Positions 40,954 to 48,460 of a stretch of 64,000 bases of DNA are shown piece by piece (position 1 is the stretch's first letter; the number at the start of each line of letters is the position of its first letter). Both the position numbers and the translations under genes were made by a program. Source of the DNA: Pseudomonadales bacterium (GTDB lineage Bacteria > Pseudomonadota > Gammaproteobacteria > Pseudomonadales > Azotimanducaceae); NCBI GenBank assembly GCA_964228885.1, contig CAXRCG010000048.1:11768-75767 (forward strand), given 5' to 3'. Under the pieces are notes generated by a model that saw only the letters and a program-made list of their open reading frames with translations, had not been told where the DNA came from and ran no database searches.

Positions 40954-42807
40954 TTACTGAAGGAGTTGAATGACCAACTGTGCACGAGCATTGGCCTGCG
41001 ATAACATCGCTGTGCCTGCTTGTTGTAATACCTGCGCTTTCGCTAGGTTAGCCGACTCTACCGAGTAGTCTGCGTCGTTAATTCTAGACCGAGCGTCAGC
41101 GGTATTTTCAGCAACGTTCATCAGGTTTGATACCGTGTAAGACAATCGATTCTCTATCGCACCGAGATCCGCACGCATTGAGGAGATTTTCTCAATTGCA
41201 CCATCCAATACGAAGATGGCGTTGGAAGCACTTGCCTGGTTTCTCAAGTCCACATTTGAAACCGTTGCTAGCGTCGCTGCGCCGGTCGTAAAGTAGTTAT
41301 CGTTTGCCGCTGCTTCAGCACCTGACTGCGTCACCGAAAACAACTTATTGGAAGACAAACTAATGGTGCCCTGGACTGTCGCTGAATCGCCAGTCGTCGT
41401 ATCGCCTTCAAACGACGTTGTCCCTGCCGGCAACAATCTTACATCGTGCGTCCCCAACAGACCCAGGGTGTCGCTGGTGCTCTCCAGTACGCTCGTAGTA
41501 AGGCTTGAATTTCCAAAAATCTGAAAGTCTCCTAATGCAGCTGTACCAGTAAACGTAATCTTATTAATATTACTCACCGCAGCGGTTAGGTGATAATCTC
41601 CGCCATCCCCCCATTTTCCGCTCAAATTGTCGAGCGCGGTGTTCAGCCTACTAACTTGAGTCGCCGGAGTTGAACTCGTTAACCAAGAAAATGACTTCGT
41701 CTCACCGGTGTGTTGATTTCGGATATAACCTGTCCACGTAGCACCATTTCCAATCGCATCAGGATACTGTGTTTCCTTTGCACCCGCGACCGCGCCCGAA
41801 AGGGCTGCAACACTTGTACCGTCATGGCTGACTGCCGCCACACGCTGACCAAGAATAGCTGTCTCATTCTCAACCAAAATATCGCGTCCATCATTTGCGT
41901 ATAAGCGTACTCTATTATCACTGGTCGCCGTCGCCGTGACGCCTGTGCTGCCAGAGATCGCGTTGATCTTATCAACAGCATCGAGCACGTTACTTGAACT
42001 AACTACAAACTCACCCGTCGTCTTATTGTTAATCTTCAGACTGGCGGTTTGATCCGCATGCCAAGTACTGTAGTAGTGGGCATAGGTCTTTGCTATAGCA
42101 CTGACGCCGGTCTCACCGGAGACAGCATTGATGTTTGCTGCGACATTAGCTGCAGAATCCTTCGCGGAGACAGCTATCGTCCTGGATAAGCGATTACCGT
42201 TGATAAGAATATCGTCCGCATCGTCTGTCTGGTTGGCATAAACGCCATTGCCATCACCCTCAAATGCCGCGATTCGATCGCCGGTTACTTTATAAGCACC
42301 GAGTTTGTCAGCTGATACCGAGTCGACAGAGAACTGAATCGTTTCGCCACCTTCGGTACCTGACTGCAGCACTTTATTAGAGAAACTACCGTCTAATAAG
42401 GTGGTCTGGTTAAATCGCGTGTTGGCTGATACGCGAGTAATCTCTGCAATTAACAGGTTGACCTCTTCCTGCAGGAATGCGCGATCAGTATTTGTGTTGG
42501 TATCGTTAGCTGATTGTACCGCGAGCTCCCTGACACGCTGAAGCATATCCACCACTTCAACCAAAGCGCCTTCAATCGACTGTGTTAACGAAATACCATC
42601 GTTAGCATTTTTTACGGCCATATTCAGGCCATTGATTTGAGCACGCATTCGTTGGACGATCGCCAGGCCGGCTGCATCATCAGCAGCGCGATTAATACGA
42701 CTACCGGAAGACAATCGCGCCATCGCTTTATCAAGCATATCACCTGACTCAGCCAACCCGCTTTGCGCTGCTAATGAACTTAGGCTTGTGTTTACGATTA
42801 AGGACAT
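40954..42807 (-). CDS. flagellin, large class (617 aa), downstream copy
   Basis: N-terminus SLIVNTSLSSLAAQ...LSSGSRINRAADDAAGLAI. C-terminus RLSYTVSNLMNVAENTADARSRINDADYSVESANLAKAQVLQQAGTAMLSQAN. The ~350 aa central insert has two ING..L..TIAV...DSAANVA..INAVSGETGVSA-type (flagellin IN-motif-like) repeats. Confidence 0.92.
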   Translation of the reverse strand: MSLIVNTSLSSLAAQSGLAESGDMLDKAMARLSSGSRINRAADDAAGLAIVQRMRAQINGLNMAVKNANDGISLTQSIEGALVEVVDMLQRVRELAVQSANDTNTNTDRAFLQEEVNLLIAEITRVSANTRFNQTTLLDGSFSNKVLQSGTEGGETIQFSVDSVSADKLGAYKVTGDRIAAFEGDGNGVYANQTDDADDILINGNRLSRTIAVSAKDSAANVAANINAVSGETGVSAIAKTYAHYYSTWHADQTASLKINNKTTGEFVVSSSNVLDAVDKINAISGSTGVTATATSDNRVRLYANDGRDILVENETAILGQRVAAVSHDGTSVAALSGAVAGAKETQYPDAIGNGATWTGYIRNQHTGETKSFSWLTSSTPATQVSRLNTALDNLSGKWGDGGDYHLTAAVSNINKITFTGTAALGDFQIFGNSSLTTSVLESTSDTLGLLGTHDVRLLPAGTTSFEGDTTTGDSATVQGTISLSSNKLFSVTQSGAEAAANDNYFTTGAATLATVSNVDLRNQASASNAIFVLDGAIEKISSMRADLGAIENRLSYTVSNLMNVAENTADARSRINDADYSVESANLAKAQVLQQAGTAMLSQANARAQLVIQLLQ

Positions 42808-42852
42808 GATGTGTCCTCCACCTATCTAAGTTATTGCCTCAAGACAATGTAG

Positions 42853-42950
42853 TATAAAAACTTTTCACCTACCCTGACCGATACACCAGATACAGATGGG
42901 AAAGTAGACCAAATGCTAGATCGCATCCTTGCTTTGAAAATAAGCCATTC
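42853..42950 (+). pseudogene. relic of the 3' end of the lytic transglycosylase gene (duplication scar)
   Basis: The frame reading KNFSPTLTDTPDTDGKVDQMLDRILALKI aligns with the end of the intact gene at 40806-40904 (KNRLPELMGTADADGKVDRLLDRILALKV). The flanking nucleotides are also homologous. Confidence 0.7.
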
Positions 42951-42954
42951 CTCT

Positions 42955-42992
42955 TTAAAAAAGAAAAAGCCGGAGGAGTCACCTCCCCCGGC
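42955..42992 (-). terminator. Rho-independent terminator after the upstream large flagellin gene
   Basis: The minus strand has the hairpin gccggggga-ggtgac-tcctccggc followed by tttttcttttttaaa. Confidence 0.65.
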
Positions 42993-43031
42993 CTTTTTCC
43001 AAACCTTCATTATCAATAGAGTGAATCTATT

Positions 43032-44885
43032 TTACTGAAGGAGCTGGAGGACCAACTGTGCACGAGCATTAGCTTGCGATAACATCGCGGTGCCCGCTTG
43101 TTGTAGTACCTGTGCTTTTGCTAGGTTAGCCGATTCAACTGAATAGTCTGCATCGTTAATCCTAGACCGAGCGTCGGCGGTATTTTCAGCAACATTCATC
43201 AGGTTTGATACGGTATAAGACAATCGATTCTCAATCGCACCTAAATCAGCTCGCATTGAGGAGATTTTCTCAATCGCACCGTCCAATACCGAGATGGCGT
43301 TGGAAGCACCTGCCTGATTTCTCAGATCTACATTAGAGACCGTTGAAAGCGTCGCTGCACCGGTCGTAAAGTAGTTATCGTTTGTTGCTGCTTCGGTGCC
43401 TGATTGCGTCACCGAAAATAACTTGCTGGAAGACAAACTAATGGTGCCCTGGATTGTTGCCGAGTCGCCAGTACTTGTATCGCCCTCAAACGAGGTTGTG
43501 CCTGCGGCCAACAATCTTACATCGTGCGTGCCCAACTTACCCAGCGTGTCACTTGTGGTTTCTAGTGCAGAAGTGCTCATAGCAGAGTCTTCAAACACTT
43601 GGAAATCTCCTAGTGCCGTGGTACCAGTGAGCGTAATCTTATTAGTATTACTCACCGCGGCAGTTAAGTGATAATCTCCACCAGCTGCCCATTTTCCGCT
43701 CAAATTGCCGAGAGCGGTATTCAAGTTACTAACCGTGGTGGCCTGCGTTGCATTATCAACAAAAGAGACTGACGTTGACTCACCAGTATGTTGATTTCGG
43801 ATATACCACGTTATCGTAGACCCGTCTCCAGCAGCGTCATTATCAGCCGTTTCCTTAACACCTGCGACAGCGCCTGAAAGGGCCGCAACGCTAGTGCCGT
43901 CATGGCTGACTGCAGCCACACGCTGACCAAGAATAGACGTCTCATTCTCAACCAGAATGTCGCGTCCGTCACTTGCATACAAGAGTACTTTGTTATCGCT
44001 GGTAGCAGATGCCGTCACGCCAGTGCTGCCAGAGATCGAGTTGATCTTATCTATCGCATCAAGCACGTTAGTAGAACTGACAACAAACTGGCCCGTCGTC
44101 TTATTGTTTATCTTCAGACTGGCTGTTTGGTCCGCATTCCAAGTGCTGTAGTAGTGAGCATAACTCTTTGCTACCGCACTCACGCCCGTTTCGCCAGAGA
44201 CCGCGTTGATATTTGTTGCGACATTAGCTGCAGAATCCTTCGCGGCAACAGCGATCGTCTTGGATAAGCTATTACCGTTGATTATGATATCGTCCGCATC
44301 ATCGGTCTGGTTGAGAAAAACGCCATTACCGTCACCTTCAGTGGCCGCAATTCGATCTCCAGTAATTTTATATGCACCAAGCTTATCGCTTGATACCGAA
44401 TCCACAGAGAACTGAATCGTTTCGCCACCTTCAGTACCTACCTGCAGTGTCTTATTGCTGAAAGAACCGTCTAACACTGTGGTCTGGTTAAATCGCGTGT
44501 TGGCTGATACGCGAGTGATCTCTGCAATCAGGAGGTTAACCTCTTCCTGCAGGAAGGCGCGGTCAGTATTTGTGTTGGTATCGTTAGCTGATTGTACCGC
44601 TAGCTCTCTCACACGTTGAAGCATATCGACCACTTCAACCAAAGCGCCTTCAATCGACTGTGTTAACGAAATACCATCGTTAGCATTTTTTACGGCCATG
44701 TTCAGGCCATTGATTTGAGCACTCATTCGCTGAACGATGGCCAAACCGGCCGCATCGTCAGAAGCGCTATTAATACGACTGCCGGAAGACAATCGCGCCA
44801 TGGCTTTATCAAGCATATCACCTGACTCAGCTAACCCTCTTTGAGCTGTTAATGAACTCACGTTTGTGTTTACTACTAGAGACAT
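43032..44885 (-). CDS. flagellin, large class (617 aa), upstream copy
   Basis: Same architecture as 40954-42807 and near-identical termini. Differences cluster in the central domain. Confidence 0.92.
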   Translation of the reverse strand: MSLVVNTNVSSLTAQRGLAESGDMLDKAMARLSSGSRINSASDDAAGLAIVQRMSAQINGLNMAVKNANDGISLTQSIEGALVEVVDMLQRVRELAVQSANDTNTNTDRAFLQEEVNLLIAEITRVSANTRFNQTTVLDGSFSNKTLQVGTEGGETIQFSVDSVSSDKLGAYKITGDRIAATEGDGNGVFLNQTDDADDIIINGNSLSKTIAVAAKDSAANVATNINAVSGETGVSAVAKSYAHYYSTWNADQTASLKINNKTTGQFVVSSTNVLDAIDKINSISGSTGVTASATSDNKVLLYASDGRDILVENETSILGQRVAAVSHDGTSVAALSGAVAGVKETADNDAAGDGSTITWYIRNQHTGESTSVSFVDNATQATTVSNLNTALGNLSGKWAAGGDYHLTAAVSNTNKITLTGTTALGDFQVFEDSAMSTSALETTSDTLGKLGTHDVRLLAAGTTSFEGDTSTGDSATIQGTISLSSSKLFSVTQSGTEAATNDNYFTTGAATLSTVSNVDLRNQAGASNAISVLDGAIEKISSMRADLGAIENRLSYTVSNLMNVAENTADARSRINDADYSVESANLAKAQVLQQAGTAMLSQANARAQLVLQLLQ

Positions 44886-44911
44886 GATGTGTCCTCCACC
44901 TATCTAAGTTT

Positions 44912-44927
44912 TTGCATTAAGGCGACC
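44912..44927 (-). promoter_or_regulatory. sigma54-like promoter candidate for the upstream large flagellin
   Basis: The minus strand reads TGGtcg-cctta-aTGCA with correctly spaced GG/GC, 27 nt upstream of the ATG. It is weaker than the other sigma54 sites. Confidence 0.4.
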
Positions 44928-45198
44928 AAGCAGGTCCTCCCCTTGGTTCGCTTGGCCGCCCTATAGCGACATAGATACAGTCGGGGTGGCCACAACCTTC
45001 TTTAGAAAACTTTGGATAAAAGAGGATTTTTTTGTGAACCCGGCTATTGAAGACCGGTTTAGGAAAAAAGCACAGACATTAGGGAAACTGCTTGCCGACA
45101 CTTCCCATGATATTGCCGGTTTGTTCCCTGTGATCTTGCCTAGCCTTCAATTAGAAAATCGCCCGTCGCAAAACAAGGGCAGCCAACGTCCGAATTAC

Positions 45199-45224
45199 TT
45201 GCCGCTTTTTTCAAAAAGCGGCAA
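45199..45224. repeat. perfect 12+12 bp palindrome (ttgccgcttttt tc aaaaagcggcaa)
   Basis: Read directly from the sequence. It lies in the 477 bp spacer between ORF242 and the large flagellin. There is no trailing U-tract on either strand. Confidence 0.7.
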
Positions 45225-45362
45225 TGTGGCGCCAACTGCTCAGGAGAAAAAACAGGTGTATGCGTAATAAATATTAGAAAGGCAGGAGAAAAATATTTTA
45301 TTGCACGTTCGAGTCGAGAAAACTTACGGCAGATAAAGGTATTACTAGGAGATGTACTTGAG

Positions 45363-46091
45363 CTAATCGGTTTCCTGGATCAAATCAAAGCAAAATTCTT
45401 GCTGCGCCTCAACGTGGTCCCACATCTGCGTGATCGTTTCTTTCTGCGACTCTACACGCTCACGTAAACCCAACAAGGCTTCTTTATTACGAGTAGCTGA
45501 GTCATAAACTTCTTCCAGACGCTCTAGGTTTTCTTGCGCTTTTTCGAAAACCGCTTCGTGCTTGGCGAGGTTTACTGCCGCTAATTCGCCGACGTTTTCT
45601 ATTTGATTAAGCGTCTCTACATAGTCTTGTTGTGCGCAATGATCACCTTCAGCAAGTGAATCATGATTGTATTCGAGCAGTTTATCATTGGTTTCCAAGA
45701 TTTCACCAATCATGCCAACCAACTGCGAGTTAATGTTGGAGAGTTTCTTGTTAATATCTAGCACAGCCTTATTCAAGCTTGATCTTTTATCGAGATAATC
45801 TAATTCTGCCTGATCTACGACGCCTCTGGCCAACTCCTCTGAACAACCTGCCTGAGTACTTTGGTGCTGTAGAATCACCTTCTTATTTCGCACAATCGCT
45901 TGGCAGGCATCGTTTAATAATTGCCTGCTTTCATTGAAAGCCGCGTTAGCCAACTCCATGCCAACATGGGTATTTTCAGCAATTCTAATTCTGTTGGTAT
46001 AGGCGCGTAGTTTGTTGGCATCAACTAGGGCTTCTAGTTCGTAATAAATATAGGCAACCTGTTTGGTGATCTTTGCGGGGGGCTTATTCAT
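45363..46091 (-). CDS. hypothetical coiled-coil protein (ORF242) immediately downstream of fliO
   Basis: 242 aa, no TM, long helical/heptad-like stretches. Only 39 nt separate it from the fliO stop. Confidence 0.55.
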   Translation of the reverse strand: MNKPPAKITKQVAYIYYELEALVDANKLRAYTNRIRIAENTHVGMELANAAFNESRQLLNDACQAIVRNKKVILQHQSTQAGCSEELARGVVDQAELDYLDKRSSLNKAVLDINKKLSNINSQLVGMIGEILETNDKLLEYNHDSLAEGDHCAQQDYVETLNQIENVGELAAVNLAKHEAVFEKAQENLERLEEVYDSATRNKEALLGLRERVESQKETITQMWDHVEAQQEFCFDLIQETD

Positions 46092-46130
46092 ATCCGATCC
46101 TGGATGACTATTTTGATTCCTCCTAGAACG

Positions 46131-46484
46131 TTAGCATAGTTTATTTGACTCTACATTAAGAATGTCGTCGAATTGATCGCCTGAGGACAACTCGTGATCG
46201 AGATCATCTGCATTGTTACCCTGAGCGCTGGCATATAGCGCCGTTAAGCCCGCTGGAGAAACCCCGACAAGAATTTCTCGTTTCCCGTATTCAACCAGCA
46301 ATATGGAATGCTTTGAATCAACAGCTAATTTTTGACGAACTCTAAGGGAATCGCCTGTACCATGATCCATTTTGGTCATCCGGAACCTCATCGCCCACAC
46401 GGCCGCAACGATCATGCCTGCGACGAATATCAAAGCAATGACTACTCGAACAATATAACTCGAATCGATTCCTTCTGGCATCAC
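46131..46484 (-). CDS. fliO: flagellar biosynthesis protein FliO
   Basis: 117 aa. Single TM VVIALIFVAGMIVAAVWAM, then LRVRQKLAVDSKHSILLVEYGKREILVGVSPAGLTAL, the typical FliO pattern. Positioned after fliN. Confidence 0.8.
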   Translation of the reverse strand: MMPEGIDSSYIVRVVIALIFVAGMIVAAVWAMRFRMTKMDHGTGDSLRVRQKLAVDSKHSILLVEYGKREILVGVSPAGLTALYASAQGNNADDLDHELSSGDQFDDILNVESNKLC

Positions 46485-46487
46485 AAT

Positions 46488-46826
46488 CTAAGCTGAACGA
46501 ATTCTTTCAAGCGGACTCACGATTTCAAGCACGCGGATGCCGAGTTTGCTTCCAGCCAGCGTGACCACCTCACCCTTTGCTATCACACTGTCATTAACCT
46601 TAATATCCATCAAATCACCCTCTGATCGATCTAGCTCTAGCACAGTACCCTGAGCCACCGCCATCAGCTCTCTTAACTTCAGCGTGGCCTTCCCAACCTC
46701 AACATTCAACACGATGGGTATGGAGAGAACAACGGAAGAATCTATGACGCTACCAGTCTCAGCAGTTTCAGCAGTCTCAGCGTCAACGCCTTCTTGTCCA
46801 TCTTGGCCTTCAGTTGTCTCGCTCAT
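46488..46826 (-). CDS. fliN: flagellar motor switch protein FliN
   Basis: SpoA-type C-terminus IPIVLNVEVGKATLKLRELMAVAQGTVLELDRSEGDLMDIKVNDSVIAKGEVV. Confidence 0.92.
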   Translation of the reverse strand: MSETTEGQDGQEGVDAETAETAETGSVIDSSVVLSIPIVLNVEVGKATLKLRELMAVAQGTVLELDRSEGDLMDIKVNDSVIAKGEVVTLAGSKLGIRVLEIVSPLERIRSA

Positions 46827-47810
46827 CTATCCTTCCCTTTCCATTATGTTATCTTCTATTTTGATCGCTACTTTCGATCCCTTGATACCAACATTCGCTT
46901 CATAAAGCGGAAACCCATTCACTTTAACTTGAGCCGTTTCAGGCGGATTAAAAGAAAGTATGTCGCCTTCAGATAATTTAGAGAGTTGCTCAACGGTAGT
47001 TTCTAGGTGACCGCCTGAGACCAACAAATCAAAATCAACGTCACCGACGCTGCTATGTAGGCGCGTCAGCCAATTCTCGTCTGCCTCTTGTGATTGAATA
47101 CGACTCCTCAACACATCTCTTTGTAAATTCAGGCTTTGATAGGTGTACACAACGTCAATGTAAGGATCAACAGACTCATCCTGAAGTTTGAGCGCAAAGC
47201 GATTTACCACTACCGACTCATCGTCTGCAGCAATGTTAGCAAATAATGGGTTGATCTCCCTGTTGATGGGTCGAATATCGACTTCTACGTATGGCGCCCA
47301 TGCTTCTCGCATTGACTGAAAAATGAGTTCACACAAAGAATCAATGATCGCATTCTCATTTGATGTGAACGGTCGTTCTTCTGTGATGGTCAACGGCCGA
47401 GCCTGCCCCCCGTACCAGTTATCCAGACAACTGAATATCACCTGCGGGTGTATGATAAATAGGATTTCTCCCTTTAGCGGACTCATTTCAGTGATGTTAA
47501 TAGAGGCCGGAGAGTGCACACTATGAATGTACTCGTCGTACTTCATCAAACTCGGTTCTGCTACCGCCATACGAGGATTGTAATCGAGTTCGGTTAAAAG
47601 CCTATTGCGAAAAAAACGGTGGAAACGTTCGTTAATTTGAAATATTGCTGTTGAGCTTCCTCCCAGACTTTCCTCATTTCGAGCGATTGCAAAGGTCTCA
47701 GCATCAACATTTGCATTAAAAATATCTGAATCAAGACGACCACTCGCGACCATTTCCTCAATGGCAGCGAGTTCATCGTCAGATAGCAGAGATGCGTCTT
47801 TTTCCGACAT
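46827..47810 (-). CDS. fliM: flagellar motor switch protein FliM
   Basis: N-terminal CheY-P binding-type motif LLSDDELAAIEEM. 327 aa with a C-terminal SpoA-like domain. Confidence 0.92.
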   Translation of the reverse strand: MSEKDASLLSDDELAAIEEMVASGRLDSDIFNANVDAETFAIARNEESLGGSSTAIFQINERFHRFFRNRLLTELDYNPRMAVAEPSLMKYDEYIHSVHSPASINITEMSPLKGEILFIIHPQVIFSCLDNWYGGQARPLTITEERPFTSNENAIIDSLCELIFQSMREAWAPYVEVDIRPINREINPLFANIAADDESVVVNRFALKLQDESVDPYIDVVYTYQSLNLQRDVLRSRIQSQEADENWLTRLHSSVGDVDFDLLVSGGHLETTVEQLSKLSEGDILSFNPPETAQVKVNGFPLYEANVGIKGSKVAIKIEDNIMEREG

Positions 47811-47818
47811 CGAATTAC

Positions 47819-48421
47819 CTATTGAACAATAAACTCAGAAAAGTAGGCTTCTTCAATAGGAGAAGCCGTTGTTTTTTCGTACTTCTCTAAAGTCTCATTA
47901 ATAACGAGCTTTATTTCTTCTAATAAATTGTCTTGCCCATCTAGCGCTTGAAGCTTCTCTAAAGGCACGCTTCTTAACACTTTTAATATTTGCGCCCTGA
48001 TGCCAATTAGATGTCTAGGAACCCAACCTTCTGCGCCTTCTTCATCGTTAAATAGCGTGTCTTTATCGTGATAAGTACTAATACCTATCTTTACTTGAAG
48101 GACTTTTTTTGATCCGTTCACATTGACCGTGAAAGGGTCTATAAAATTATAGTAGCTAATCAGAAACTTCTGTTCAATATCAGCAGACATAGGCCCAGGT
48201 GATAACGCCAAGGCAGCATCAGTGTCTTCCATCTCTGCTTCCATTTCTTGCAGTGTCACTTCCGGGTCTTCGTCAGCTGGTTTTTCGTCAAAAAAACCTG
48301 TGAAAAATAGAGTGCCCAGAATACTCCCGGCGACCAACACCAATACCAATACAACAATCAAGAGGATTTTCAGTATCCCTCCTTTTCCTCCTTCGGCATC
48401 TTCCGTCTCAACTTCCGACAT
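47819..48421 (-). CDS. fliL: flagellar basal-body-associated protein FliL
   Basis: 200 aa, N-terminal TM. Has the FliL-like block VLQVKIGISTY...IRAQILKVL. Positioned before fliM. Confidence 0.85.
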   Translation of the reverse strand: MSEVETEDAEGGKGGILKILLIVVLVLVLVAGSILGTLFFTGFFDEKPADEDPEVTLQEMEAEMEDTDAALALSPGPMSADIEQKFLISYYNFIDPFTVNVNGSKKVLQVKIGISTYHDKDTLFNDEEGAEGWVPRHLIGIRAQILKVLRSVPLEKLQALDGQDNLLEEIKLVINETLEKYEKTTASPIEEAYFSEFIVQ

Positions 48422-48460
48422 TACAAACCCTCCTAATTACGGGTGCTCACCTTGTTTATA

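Noticed and set aside
40954-44885. Possibility that the large flagellins carry an enzymatic insert (flagellinolysin-type HExxH metalloprotease).
   Set aside because: No HExxH or other catalytic motif appears in either central domain. The insert instead shows two flagellin IN-motif-like repeats.
44986-45267. 93 aa plus-strand ORF in the spacer upstream of the large flagellin.
   Set aside because: It has a GTG start without an RBS and a composition unlike the neighbouring genes. It contains the 26 nt palindrome and lies opposite a promoter region. It is more likely non-coding.
40023-46130. The fliO-fliP intervening block, considered as a mobile genetic element or genomic island.
   Set aside because: There is no integrase, transposase, tRNA attachment site or flanking direct or inverted repeats. 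The only repeat is the internal tandem duplication, so it is reported as a rearrangement or duplication rather than a mobile element.
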